Part shown: positions 1-8,842 of the stretch, piece by piece | How positions within the stretch are numbered: position 1 is the first letter of the stretch | Layout of the letters: the number at the start of each line of letters is the position of its first letter | Assembly: GCA_963637965.1 (NCBI GenBank) | Contig: CAVHPI010000001.1 | Span: 48,032-112,031, forward strand | DNA: 64,000 bases | Direction of reading: 5' to 3' | Source: a bacterium | Lineage (GTDB): Bacteria > Bacteroidota > Bacteroidia > Bacteroidales > UBA932 | The notes under the pieces: model-generated | The model's database searches: none | Told to the model about the DNA's origin: nothing | Seen by the model: the letters and a program-made list of their open reading frames with translations, nothing else | Position numbers and translations under genes: made by a program

Positions 1-708
1 GAGCGCCGGGAGGGCTATGAGCAGCAGCGCGCCGCCATCCAGGAGACCTCCGCGCAGAGCGGCGGGCCCCAGGATTTGCCCGAGCCCTATGCAGAAGAGC
101 CGGACCGCGGCCACAGAGCCGCCGGCGGCGGATATCTGGCCGTGTGCGAGCGCTCCATAGTGGAGTTGCTGGTCAAATACGGCGAATACACCATCCATTG
201 GGAGAGCAACATGGTCTACGGCGGAGATCAGACGCCCGAGGTGACTGTGGCGGAATACATCCGCTCGTCGCTTGACGACGACGGTCTGCAGCTGAGCGAG
301 CGCCTCTGGCGCAACATCTACAACGACTACTTTTCCCTGGACCGCACCGCCGGCGAGGGGGAGAGCGAAGAGCAGGTGCAGGGGCGCATCATAAAGCACT
401 TCACCTTCCACGACGACCCCGCTGTGGTGCAAGCCACCACGGAGATGCTCTCCGAGAGCCACCCGCTCACCATCAAGCAGTACAACGACTCCATCACCCC
501 CGAGGAGCACCGCCTCTGCAGGGATGTCCCCCGCGCTGTGCTGCAATACAAGATGCGGCTGGTGACCCTGCAGCAGACCGCCGTCCAGAAGCGGATAAAG
601 GAGGCCGAAACCGCCGCCGACTCTGCGCAGCGCGCTGCTTTGATGCAGAGTTTCCTGACCCTGACCCAGGTAAAAATAGCACTCAACAAAGAACTGAAAA
701 AATACTGA
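1..708 (+). CDS. dnaG: DNA primase DnaG, C-terminal region only (5' end lies upstream of the window)
   Basis: Frame 1 is open from nt 1 to TGA 706-708; the ORF track starts it at an internal Met (76). The pattern [14 protein letters not shown]...[10 protein letters not shown]...ITPEEHRL...[10 protein letters not shown] matches my memory of the C-terminal helicase-binding region of Bacteroidota DnaG. No search was run. Confidence 0.5.
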   Translation, partial: ERREGYEQQRAAIQETSAQSGGPQDLPEPYAEEPDRGHRAAGGGYLAVCERSIVELLVKYGEYTIHWESNMVYGGDQTPEVTVAEYIRSSLDDDGLQLSERLWRNIYNDYFSLDRTAGEGESEEQVQGRIIKHFTFHDDPAVVQATTEMLSESHPLTIKQYNDSITPEEHRLCRDVPRAVLQYKMRLVTLQQTAVQKRIKEAETAADSAQRAALMQSFLTLTQVKIALNKELKKY

Positions 709-712
709 TAAT

Positions 713-2767
713 ATGGAAAACAACTACAAACGGACACTTGTCACCTGCGCGCTGCCCTACGCCAACGGGCCCGTGCACATCGGACACCTCGCGGGAGTCT
801 ATGTTCCCGCCGACATCTATGTAAGGTATCTGAAGATGCGCCACCGCGACGTTCTGTTCATATGCGGCAGTGACGAGCACGGGGTCCCCATCACCATAAA
901 GGCCTTGCAGCAGGGGTGCACTCCGCAGGAGATCGTGGACAAATACCACGGCATCATCAAGCAGGCCTTCGCCGACTTCGGCATCAATTTCGACATCTAC
1001 TCCCGCACCACCAGCAAGGTGCACGAACAGACCGCGTCCGAATTCTTCAAAAAACTCTACGACGAGGGCAAGTTCATAGAGAAGGAGAGCCTGCAGTATT
1101 ACGACTCTTCGGAGCACAAGTTTCTGGCCGACCGCTACATAATGGGCACCTGCCCCAAGTGCGGCAACGACCGCGCCTATGGCGACCAGTGCGAAAAATG
1201 CGGCTGCACCCTGAGTCCCGACGAGCTCATCAACCCCCACTCCACCATCAGCGGCGCCCCTCTTGAAAAGAAGGCCACCCGCCACTGGTATCTCCCTCTG
1301 GACCAGTACGAAGGCTGGCTGCGGGAGTGGATTCTGGAGGGTCACAAAGAGTGGAAAACCAATGTCTACGGCCAGTGCAAGTCGTGGCTGGACGGCGGCC
1401 TGCTGCCCCGCGCGGTGAGCCGCGACCTCGACTGGGGCGTTCCCGTGCCGGTGGAAGGGGCCGATGGCAAGGTGCTCTACGTATGGTTCGACGCCCCTAT
1501 CGGCTACATCTCCAACACCAAGGAGCTGCTCCCCGATGACTGGGAGAAGTGGTGGAAGGATTCCTCCACCAAGCTGGTGCACTTCATTGGCAAGGACAAC
1601 ATAGTGTTCCACTGCATAGTGTTCCCCTCCATGCTCAAGGCATACGGCGGATACATCCTCCCCGACAACGTCCCCGCCAACGAATTCCTGAACCTCGAGG
1701 GGGACAAGATCTCCACCTCCCGCAACTGGGCCGTATGGCTGCACGAATATCTGGAAGACTTCCCCGGACAGCAGGATGTGCTGCGCTACGTGCTCACCGC
1801 CAACGCTCCCGAGACCAAGGACAACGACTTCACCTGGAAGGATTTCCAGACGCGCAACAACAGCGAGCTGGTGGCCGTGCTGGGCAACTTCGTGAACCGC
1901 GCCGTGGTGCTGACCCACAAGTATTTCGGCGGCAAAGTGCCCGCTGACCTCAAGAGCGAGCCCATAGATTCCGAAACTATGGGGCAGATACCCGCAATCA
2001 AGGCGGCCATTGAAGACAACATAGAGCACTACCGCTTCCGCGAGGCGCTGCGCGAGGCCATGAATCTGGCCCGCCTGGGCAACAAGTATATCAGCGACAC
2101 CGAGCCCTGGAAGGTGGCCAAGAGCGATATGGACCGCACTGCGTCCATTCTCTACAACGCGCTGCAGATTTGCGCCAACCTGGCCATAGCCTGCGAGCCG
2201 TTCCTCCCCTTCTCGATGGACCGTCTGGCATCCATGCTCAATATGGAGAGCCGCGACTGGGAGGAGATAGGCAGCGGATGCATCCTGACCCCCGGACATC
2301 AGATGGGCGAGGCGCAGCTGCTCTTCACCAAAGTGGAGGATACACAGATAGACGCCCAGCTGGAGAAGCTGCAGAAGGCCAAGGAGGCCAACGAGGCTGC
2401 GGCAAAGGCCGCCGCAATTTCTCTGCCCGAGGCGGCAAAGGAGGAGTGCGTGTTTGAAGATTTCGAGAAGATGGATATCCGCACCGCCACCGTGCTGGAG
2501 GCGGAGAGGGTTCCCAAGACCGACAAGCTGCTCCACCTGAAAATCGACACCGGGCTGGACATCCGCGAGATTGTCTCCGGAATCGCCGAGTATTACACCC
2601 CCGAGGAGATGGTGGGCAAGCAGATCTGCATCCTGGCCAATCTCAAGCCGCGCAAGATTCGCGGCATAGAGTCCAAGGGGATGATTCTGATGGCCCGCGA
2701 GAGCAGCGGCAAGATGCGCATAGTCTCGCCAGAGGAGAAGCTAGCCAACGGCGCCACCATCGGATAG
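713..2767 (+). CDS. metG: Methionine--tRNA ligase with C-terminal Trbp111/EMAP-like tRNA-binding domain
   Basis: ATG at 713. [12 protein letters not shown] (HIGH-type) motif, CPKCG...CEKCG zinc knuckle, KISTSRN (KMSKS-type). C-terminal [29 protein letters not shown]-fold domain. Confidence 0.97.
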   Translation: MENNYKRTLVTCALPYANGPVHIGHLAGVYVPADIYVRYLKMRHRDVLFICGSDEHGVPITIKALQQGCTPQEIVDKYHGIIKQAFADFGINFDIYSRTTSKVHEQTASEFFKKLYDEGKFIEKESLQYYDSSEHKFLADRYIMGTCPKCGNDRAYGDQCEKCGCTLSPDELINPHSTISGAPLEKKATRHWYLPLDQYEGWLREWILEGHKEWKTNVYGQCKSWLDGGLLPRAVSRDLDWGVPVPVEGADGKVLYVWFDAPIGYISNTKELLPDDWEKWWKDSSTKLVHFIGKDNIVFHCIVFPSMLKAYGGYILPDNVPANEFLNLEGDKISTSRNWAVWLHEYLEDFPGQQDVLRYVLTANAPETKDNDFTWKDFQTRNNSELVAVLGNFVNRAVVLTHKYFGGKVPADLKSEPIDSETMGQIPAIKAAIEDNIEHYRFREALREAMNLARLGNKYISDTEPWKVAKSDMDRTASILYNALQICANLAIACEPFLPFSMDRLASMLNMESRDWEEIGSGCILTPGHQMGEAQLLFTKVEDTQIDAQLEKLQKAKEANEAAAKAAAISLPEAAKEECVFEDFEKMDIRTATVLEAERVPKTDKLLHLKIDTGLDIREIVSGIAEYYTPEEMVGKQICILANLKPRKIRGIESKGMILMARESSGKMRIVSPEEKLANGATIG

Positions 2768-2780
2768 CGGCAGCCGGCGC

Positions 2781-2827
2781 AAAAGCAAGCGGGGGATGGC
2801 CGGAAAGTCATTCCCCGCTTGCTTTTT
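2781..2827 (+). terminator. Rho-independent terminator after metG
   Basis: AAAAGCAAGCGGGG (2781-2794) pairs with CCCCGCTTGCTTTT (2813-2826) around an 18-nt loop, with a T-rich 3' side. It lies 14 nt after the metG stop. Confidence 0.6.
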
Positions 2828-2840
2828 AAGTCTCACGCCA

Positions 2841-2912
2841 GCGCATCAGATGCTTCGTATGAAGGGGACTCGGCGGATAAAAATATCCGCTACACTCCTT
2901 CACACATTCGCA
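2841..2912 (+). repeat. Truncated copy of the dispersed intergenic repeat family (see 45102-45294 and 24164-24376)
   Basis: GCGCATCAGATGCTTCGTATGAAGGGGACTCGGCGGATAAAAATATCCGCTAC...CATTCGCA aligns with 45177-45250. It keeps hairpin GGCGGATA/TATCCGCT (2872-2879/2884-2891) and an outer helix 2857-2867/2895-2905 with compensatory changes. The 5' module and the H1 3' arm are missing. Confidence 0.75.
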
Positions 2913-3171
2913 GACCGGGTTCCACGAGGCTGCAGCGAGGATGGGATGCAAGGCGCGCTGCTCCTGAGGAACCGCAGCAACCTCTTGGTTGTGAGGATTT
3001 CGGAGAGCTGCAGCAACGCCGCAGCCCACACATTCGCAGACCGGGTTCCACGAGGCTGCAGCGAGGATGGGATGCAAGGCGCGCAGCGAGCCGAAACCGC
3101 AGCAACCTTCCGGTTGTGAGGATTCCGGAGAGCTGCAGCAACGCCGCAGCCCGCCTCGCTGCAGCCTCGTG
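2901..3171. repeat. Two tandem 126-bp units (2901-3026, 3027-3152) plus an 18-bp inverted-repeat arm (3154-3171)
   Basis: The first 58 nt of both units are identical (CACACATTCGCAGACCGGGTTCCACGAGGCTGCAGCGAGGATGGGATGCAAGGCGCGC). The rest differs at a 12-13 nt patch and 3 more positions. CACGAGGCTGCAGCGAGG (2923-2940 and 3049-3066) is the exact reverse complement of CCTCGCTGCAGCCTCGTG (3154-3171), which abuts the stop of the minus-strand gene at 3173. Confidence 0.9.
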
Positions 3172-3172
3172 T

Positions 3173-3901
3173 CTATTGGGCTATGAAGCGGTATACTATA
3201 CTCCCCTTCTGCGGATCATCAGCAGAATCGCTCCGGTTGAACCGGCTGCGCTCGGCAGCTTTGACAGCCCATTTCCAGAGAGACCGGTCTTGAGTGGAAT
3301 GCGCTTCGATTACTTGCGCCTTGATAACTTTGCCGGAGCGGTTGACATAAATTGCGACAGCGACATCGCCGCCGCCAAGACCCTTGTAGGCGGGGACAGG
3401 CAGACTGACCGCCTTGCGCCCCGCAAGGTCAAACGAGAGCACGGAGGGGCCGGTATATTCGTGCGCTTCCCCCTCGTCCCCTTTCTCTTCATCATTTCCG
3501 GTGGGAACCATATCTTCATCGTCCTCCTCGGCCGCCATTGCGGCGCGCCGGTTGGCGGCGAGGGCCTCCTCCACAGAGCGCCCGAGGGCCTCCTTCTCCG
3601 CGCGGGCCTTGATGGCATTGGCGTCCACCACTGCATTGCGCACCTTGGGAGTGGGGGCGGCGGCGATCATGGCATCCAGCTCCCTGCCCACGCGCTCTTT
3701 GAATTCCTGCAGCTGTTCCTGCTTCTGCACGAGCTCCTTCTCCTCCTCGTGCGTGAAGTCCAGCACAAAGCTGGCCTCCTCCTGCACCATGGATCTTATC
3801 GAATAGAGCAGCAGCACTATCAGCACCACAAGGTGGAAGATAATGGTTGTGTAGAGCCCTATCCTGCCCTCTTTGCGCTGCTCTTTGGTGAATTCTTCCA
3901 T
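3173..3901 (-). CDS. TonB C-terminal-domain-like membrane protein (single N-terminal TM, charged coiled-coil/acidic linker)
   Basis: The start is taken at ATG 3901 (MEEFTKEQ), not track start 3949, which would overlap udk. TM segment LYTTIIFHLVVLIVLLLY, E/K/A-rich linker, and a C-terminal VAIYVNRSGKVIKAQV...SIVYRF beta-alpha-beta pattern typical of TonB_C. Confidence 0.6.
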   Translation of the reverse strand: MEEFTKEQRKEGRIGLYTTIIFHLVVLIVLLLYSIRSMVQEEASFVLDFTHEEEKELVQKQEQLQEFKERVGRELDAMIAAAPTPKVRNAVVDANAIKARAEKEALGRSVEEALAANRRAAMAAEEDDEDMVPTGNDEEKGDEGEAHEYTGPSVLSFDLAGRKAVSLPVPAYKGLGGGDVAVAIYVNRSGKVIKAQVIEAHSTQDRSLWKWAVKAAERSRFNRSDSADDPQKGSIVYRFIAQ

Positions 3902-3908
3902 TCTGATG

Positions 3909-4538
3909 CTATCTTGCCAGCCAGGTTTTATCGTTGAGAGCCTTTTCAATGGCCGCCAGCAGTATGTTGATGGCCACGTGGTTGTGCCCGCCCTGCGGGA
4001 TTATCACATCGGCATAGCGCCGGCTGGGAGCTATGAACTGCAGGTGCATCGGTTTGACCAGGTCGGCGTAGCGCCTGAGCACCGCCGCCACATCCTTGCC
4101 CCGCTCCTGCGTGTCGCGCTCAACGATGCGCGAGAGGCGGTCGTCGTCGTCGGCATCCACATACACTTTGATGTCCATCTGCCGCATAAGCTTCTGGCAG
4201 GTGAAAATCAGGATGCCCTCCACGATTATGATGTCGGCAGGCTCCACGTGCACTGTCTCGGTTTTGCTGCGGGCGCAAGTGATGTAAGAATATACCGGCT
4301 GGTCTATCGGCTCGCCCCGGCGTATCTGCTCTATCTGTTCGCACAGCAGGTCAAAGTCTATCGCATCGGGGTGGTCAAAGTTGTAGACGCGCTTCTGCTC
4401 GTCGCTCAAATGACCGCAATCCTTATAATAAGAGTCCTGAGGGATCACCACGATCCGCTCCTTGAAGACCTCCTGCAGCCGCCTCACGACCGTTGTCTTG
4501 CCGCTTCCGCTGCCGCCTGCTATGCCGATTATCAACAT
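3909..4538 (-). CDS. udk: Uridine kinase
   Basis: MLIIGIAGGSGSGKTT P-loop, and full-length similarity in pattern to Udk (DSYYKD, FDHPDAIDF, IIIVEGI). Confidence 0.95.
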   Translation of the reverse strand: MLIIGIAGGSGSGKTTVVRRLQEVFKERIVVIPQDSYYKDCGHLSDEQKRVYNFDHPDAIDFDLLCEQIEQIRRGEPIDQPVYSYITCARSKTETVHVEPADIIIVEGILIFTCQKLMRQMDIKVYVDADDDDRLSRIVERDTQERGKDVAAVLRRYADLVKPMHLQFIAPSRRYADVIIPQGGHNHVAINILLAAIEKALNDKTWLAR

Positions 4539-4550
4539 GATGTGCCGTTA

Positions 4551-5942
4551 TTAGAATTCTGCGTTGTTGGGAGTGCGGGGGAAGGGGATCACGTCGCGGA
4601 TGTTGCTCATGCCGGTCACGAACATCAGCAGACGCTCAAAACCCAGCCCGAAGCCGCTGTGGGGGCAGCTGCCGTAGCGGCGGGTGTCCAGATACCACTC
4701 CAGAGTGCGGTGGCTCATACCCAGCTCGTTTATACGCCCCTCAAGCTTCTCGAAAGAGCTCTCGCGCTCGCTGCCGCCGATAATCTCACCGATCTTGGGG
4801 AAGAGAACATCCATCGCGCGCACAGTCTTGCCGTCCTCGTTCTGCTTCATGTAGAAGGCCTTGATGTCCTTGGGATAGTCGGTCAGGATCACAGGCTTCT
4901 TGAAGTGCTGCTCCACCAGGAAGCGCTCATGCTCGCTCTGCAGGTCGATGCCCCAGCCCACGGGGAACTCGAATTTGACCCCGTCGGATACGGCCTTCTC
5001 CAGAATCTTGATGCCCTCGGTGTAGGGCAGGCGCACGAAATCGTATTTGAGCACGCTCTCCAGGCGGGAGATGAGCTCCTTGTCGAACATATTGTTGAGG
5101 AAGGTTATGTCGTCCTTGCAGTGGTCCAGCGCATACTGCACCAGATATTTGATGAACTCCTCCGCCAGATCCATGTTGTCCTTGATGTCGTAGAATGCCA
5201 TCTCGGGCTCAATCATCCAGAACTCGGCCAGGTGGCGCGGGGTGTTGCTGTTCTCGGCACGGAAAGTGGGGCCGAAGGTGTAGATTTCGCCCAGCGAAGT
5301 GGCGCCCAGCTCACCCTCCAGCTGCCCGCTCACCGTGAGCGAAGTCAGGCGGCCGAAGAAGTCCTTGCCGTAGTCCACCTTGCCCTCCTCGGTGCGGGGG
5401 AGGTTCTCCAGATCGAGTGTGGTGACCTGGAACATTGCGCCGGCACCCTCTGCGTCGGCAGCGGTGATGAGCGGGGTGTGCAGATAATAGAAGCCCTTGT
5501 CATTAAAGAACTTGTGGATGGCGAAGGCCATATTGTGGCGGATGCGCAGCACCGCGCCGAATGTGTTGGTGCGGGGGCGCAGGTGGGCCACTTCGCGCAG
5601 GAACTCGAGGCTGTGCCCCTTTTTCTGCAGCGGGTAGGTGGCGTCGCACTCGCCGTAAATCTCAATTGACTCCGCCTGGATCTCCACCGCCTGGCCGCTG
5701 CCCTGCGAAGCCACCAGAGAACCGGTCACCGCCAGGCAGGCGCCCGTGGTGATGCGCTTCATAAGGTCTTCGGGGAACTTGGCCAGATCGCATACTATCT
5801 GGATATTATTGATAGTAGAACCGTCATTGAGGGCTATGAAGGCCACGTTTTTGTTGCCGCGCTTTGTGCGGACCCAACCTTTTGCAAGCACCTCGACTCC
5901 CGGGGCGCTGTTCAACAACTGTGCTACTTTTAATCTTTTCAT
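4551..5942 (-). CDS. asnS: Asparagine--tRNA ligase
   Basis: 463 aa. N-terminal OB fold ([21 protein letters not shown]), class II motifs ([36 protein letters not shown]). Confidence 0.97.
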   Translation of the reverse strand: MKRLKVAQLLNSAPGVEVLAKGWVRTKRGNKNVAFIALNDGSTINNIQIVCDLAKFPEDLMKRITTGACLAVTGSLVASQGSGQAVEIQAESIEIYGECDATYPLQKKGHSLEFLREVAHLRPRTNTFGAVLRIRHNMAFAIHKFFNDKGFYYLHTPLITAADAEGAGAMFQVTTLDLENLPRTEEGKVDYGKDFFGRLTSLTVSGQLEGELGATSLGEIYTFGPTFRAENSNTPRHLAEFWMIEPEMAFYDIKDNMDLAEEFIKYLVQYALDHCKDDITFLNNMFDKELISRLESVLKYDFVRLPYTEGIKILEKAVSDGVKFEFPVGWGIDLQSEHERFLVEQHFKKPVILTDYPKDIKAFYMKQNEDGKTVRAMDVLFPKIGEIIGGSERESSFEKLEGRINELGMSHRTLEWYLDTRRYGSCPHSGFGLGFERLLMFVTGMSNIRDVIPFPRTPNNAEF

Positions 5943-5972
5943 AATTATAGAAACTTGAATTAACCTGTAAAA

Positions 5973-6845
5973 TTACTCGTTTGCGGAGTGATTTCCAAAT
6001 TGGAATTTGCGGTGCTGCGCCGCCTTGGCCCTTTTGCGCTGCAGACGCATCGCCTCATAGCAGCCGGGGTCCACCGCAAAGCGGCAGAAGCGCTCGAAAA
6101 TCAGCTCGCGCGCCAGGCGGCTGGGATGGGCCATATCCTCGTCGTAGAAGCGATAGTCGCGCAGCTCGTCCATCATAATCTCGTAGGCGGGGAAATAGAC
6201 CGCCGAGGGGTGGCGCCGCACCACGGCATCCACAGCCAAAAGCAGGGTGCTCTTGCATATCTGGTTGCAGTGGGCCCCGAAAGAGAGATAGCGGATGGGG
6301 CTCACGGTGAATATCCACCGCTTCTCGGGGGCGGCGGCCACAGCGCGCTCCAGATGCTGCACACACTGCTCCAGCGAGAGCATCTCCTGCGAAAACTCCC
6401 TGGGATTTATCTTGTGGCAGTTGGAGACCACCATATCGCGGCCGTTGTGGCGGAAAATCCTGGTCGTGCCCAGCGTCACCACACATACAGAAGCGGCGTC
6501 GAAGGCGTCGGCAGCCTCCCTGAGAGAGGCGTTGGCCGTGGAGAGAAACTCCTCCGCCGTGGGGCGCGAAAAGCGGCTGTGATGATAAAAGGAGGTGCAG
6601 AGACCGTCACATTCCACAACATCCGCAGGGGCGAACTGCTGCCGCGAGCGCATCCTCTCGAATGAATTAGCCACCGACACGGGGTTATAGACCACTCCGA
6701 AGGGATTTACCGCCGCGTCAAAGCCCGCCTCGCGCATCATCTCTCCGATGGAATCGGCAAAGCACGAGCCCACGAACATCAGGCGGCTGTCAAATCCCAG
6801 TCTGAGCGGCAGCGGCTCAATTTCTACCGGAGTCGAGAGGTTCAT
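5973..6845 (-). CDS. GSCFA family protein
   Basis: The name-giving motif VGSCFA lies near the N-terminus. Length (290 aa) and layout are typical of the GSCFA domain family. The start overlaps the end of the upstream protease gene by 29 nt. Confidence 0.8.
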   Translation of the reverse strand: MNLSTPVEIEPLPLRLGFDSRLMFVGSCFADSIGEMMREAGFDAAVNPFGVVYNPVSVANSFERMRSRQQFAPADVVECDGLCTSFYHHSRFSRPTAEEFLSTANASLREAADAFDAASVCVVTLGTTRIFRHNGRDMVVSNCHKINPREFSQEMLSLEQCVQHLERAVAAAPEKRWIFTVSPIRYLSFGAHCNQICKSTLLLAVDAVVRRHPSAVYFPAYEIMMDELRDYRFYDEDMAHPSRLARELIFERFCRFAVDPGCYEAMRLQRKRAKAAQHRKFQFGNHSANE

Positions 6846-8430
6846 TGCGGACAGCTTTTTCTACCAGAACGTCGGTCTTGAGATATATCGGATAGAAGGC
6901 ATCGTCGCCCATGGGTGTATAGCGGGCCACGAGTGCACGTATCTGGGTCATCATAAACTCGCGGGAGCGGGGCCACTCGCCGGCGGCGGGCACCACGCCG
7001 TTCTTTGCGGCAAAGGAGAGGAAGCCTCCCTCGAGATCCTGCGTGGAGACAAACCGGTCGAACTTCTCCATTGTGGAGGCCTGCGCAACGGCGGCCGAGT
7101 TGCGGTCCCGAACCTCGCTGGCATACTTTATCTGAAGCCCCTTGCGGTTGCAGTCCACCAGAAAATCTGTCACGGCCGCGGTATCCACCGGCACGAACAC
7201 GTCGGGCACTATGCCGCCCCCGCCATACACGGTGCGTCCGCCGGCGGTGGTGTATTTGGTCTCGTCGTCGTATTTGATGCTGTCGGCGGAGAACATCTCC
7301 CCGCTCTCGTAGCGCTCATATATTTCATACTCGTAATCTTCGCTGTAGGGCTTCTGTATGCACCGGCCAGAGGGGGTGTAGTAGCGGGCCACCGTCAATC
7401 GGATGCCGCTGCCGTCAGAGAAGTAGATGGGCTCCTGCACCAGCCCCTTGCCAAAGGAACGGACGCCGTAGATGGTGCCGCGGTCGTTGTCCTGGATTGC
7501 CCCGGCAAAGATTTCGCTGGCCGACGCGCTGCCGGAATTTATCAGCACCGCCACGTCCATATCCTTGTAGCGGCCCTTGCCGTCGGCCTTGAGGTCGGTG
7601 CGGGGGCGCGCCTTGCCCTGCATATAGACTATCATCTGCCCTTTCTGCAAGAATTCGTTGGTGAGCAGCATCGCCTGGTCAAGATAGCCGCCGGTATTGT
7701 CGCGCAGATCCACCACCAGGCGGCGCATTCCCTGTCCGCGCAGCTTGTCCATCGCCACCACCATCTCGTTGTGGGTGGTGCGGGAGAACTTGCTCAACTT
7801 TATGAATCCGGTGGTGTCGTCTATCATATAGGCGACATCCACGCAGTGCACGGGAATCTTGTCGCGGGTTATGGTAAAGGGGATGAGCTCGTCGCTGCCG
7901 CTGCGCAGCACGCTCACCACCACCTTGGTCCCCTTGGGGCCGCGCATCAGCGATATCATTGTGTCCTGGGGCATGTCAACCCCCGCCACAATGCGGTCAT
8001 CCACCTTTACGACGCGGTCGCCCACCAGCAACCCCGCCCTTTCGGACGGACCTCCCGAAATCACAGAATTGACGATTATGGTGTCATTGGGGACGTTGAA
8101 CTGTATGCCGATGCCGTCAAAGCCGCCCGAAAGCGACTCTTCCGCGCTCTTGAGATCCTCCGGCGGGAGATATACCGAGTGGGGGTCCAGCTCGTGCATC
8201 ACCTCTGGCAGCAGGTCCTCGGTGAATTTTGCGTGGTCGATTTCGTCAACATAATTCTCGTCGACATTTTCCAGCACCAGCATCAGCTTGGCCCAGTTGG
8301 AGTTCACTGCCGAAACATCTACCTTGCCGCGCCTGCCGGGAAGGGCCCGCAGCACAATCCCAAGCGCAAGCGCAATGGTCAGCACCCAGAGCATCGGGCG
8401 CAGCACCTTGAAAAATTTATTCTCATTCAT
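6817..8430 (-). CDS. S41 family C-terminal processing (tail-specific) peptidase with PDZ domain
   Basis: N-terminal TM/signal segment, PDZ-like segment (GIGIQF...GGPSERAGLLVGDRVVKVD), and catalytic region VLINSGSASASEIFAGA...FGKGLVQ. Confidence 0.9.
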   Translation of the reverse strand: MNENKFFKVLRPMLWVLTIALALGIVLRALPGRRGKVDVSAVNSNWAKLMLVLENVDENYVDEIDHAKFTEDLLPEVMHELDPHSVYLPPEDLKSAEESLSGGFDGIGIQFNVPNDTIIVNSVISGGPSERAGLLVGDRVVKVDDRIVAGVDMPQDTMISLMRGPKGTKVVVSVLRSGSDELIPFTITRDKIPVHCVDVAYMIDDTTGFIKLSKFSRTTHNEMVVAMDKLRGQGMRRLVVDLRDNTGGYLDQAMLLTNEFLQKGQMIVYMQGKARPRTDLKADGKGRYKDMDVAVLINSGSASASEIFAGAIQDNDRGTIYGVRSFGKGLVQEPIYFSDGSGIRLTVARYYTPSGRCIQKPYSEDYEYEIYERYESGEMFSADSIKYDDETKYTTAGGRTVYGGGGIVPDVFVPVDTAAVTDFLVDCNRKGLQIKYASEVRDRNSAAVAQASTMEKFDRFVSTQDLEGGFLSFAAKNGVVPAAGEWPRSREFMMTQIRALVARYTPMGDDAFYPIYLKTDVLVEKAVRNEPLDSGRN

Positions 8431-8836
8431 ATCTGCAAACCTCCACTCCTGCTCTCTGCAGCAGTTCTATTCCGTCTGTTATGCGGTATTCGCGGCGATA
8501 CACCACCCTGGTGATGCCGCTCTGGATTATCAGCTTGGCACACTCCAGGCAGGGAGAGTCGGTGACATAGAGGGTCGCCCCGTCGCTGGAATTGTTGCTC
8601 TTGGCCACCTTGGTGATGGCATTGGCCTCGGCGTGGAGCACATAGGGCTTTGTAACACCCTCCTCCTCGCACACATTCTCGAAGCCGCGCGGAGTGCCGT
8701 TGTAGCCGTCGGAGATTATCATCCGGTCCTTGACTATCAGAGCCCCCACCTGGCGCCGCTTGCAATAGGAATTGCGAGCCCAAATCTCGGCCATGTCCAG
8801 GTAGCTCCGGTCAAACTGAATCTGCTTTTCTGTCAT
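8423..8836 (-). CDS. Deoxycytidylate (dCMP) deaminase, ComEB-type
   Basis: Zinc motifs HAEANA and PCLECA; 137 aa. Overlaps the next gene's start by 8 nt. Confidence 0.9.
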   Translation of the reverse strand: MTEKQIQFDRSYLDMAEIWARNSYCKRRQVGALIVKDRMIISDGYNGTPRGFENVCEEEGVTKPYVLHAEANAITKVAKSNNSSDGATLYVTDSPCLECAKLIIQSGITRVVYRREYRITDGIELLQRAGVEVCRYE

Positions 8837-8842
8837 TGGGAT

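Noticed and set aside
683-2536. Very long antisense ORFs opposite real genes, for example 683-2536 (617 aa), 3873-5669 (598 aa), 6748-8514 (588 aa), 48757-50286 (509 aa), 36650-37927 and 19236-20573.
   Set aside because: Each lies exactly opposite a gene with clear family motifs. Their products are low-complexity (Gly/Ala/Val/His/Leu-rich) and lack starts with sensible context. These are typical shadow ORFs of high-GC3 coding sequence.
2796-3119. ORFs crossing the tandem repeat (2796-3119, 2819-3937, 2826-3077, 2890-3141) that encode a repeated peptide such as HTFADRVPRGCSEDGMQGA.
   Set aside because: The repeated peptide is a by-product of the 126-nt (42-codon) period. Related repeat copies elsewhere carry frame-breaking indels. 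There is no signal, start context or family resemblance.
2901-3152. The two 126-bp units as a diversity-generating retroelement TR/VR pair, or as a mini CRISPR array.
   Set aside because: The differences between units are a clustered patch plus C/T changes, not adenine-specific. No reverse transcriptase or cas genes are in the window. There are only two units, directly abutting, with no spacers.
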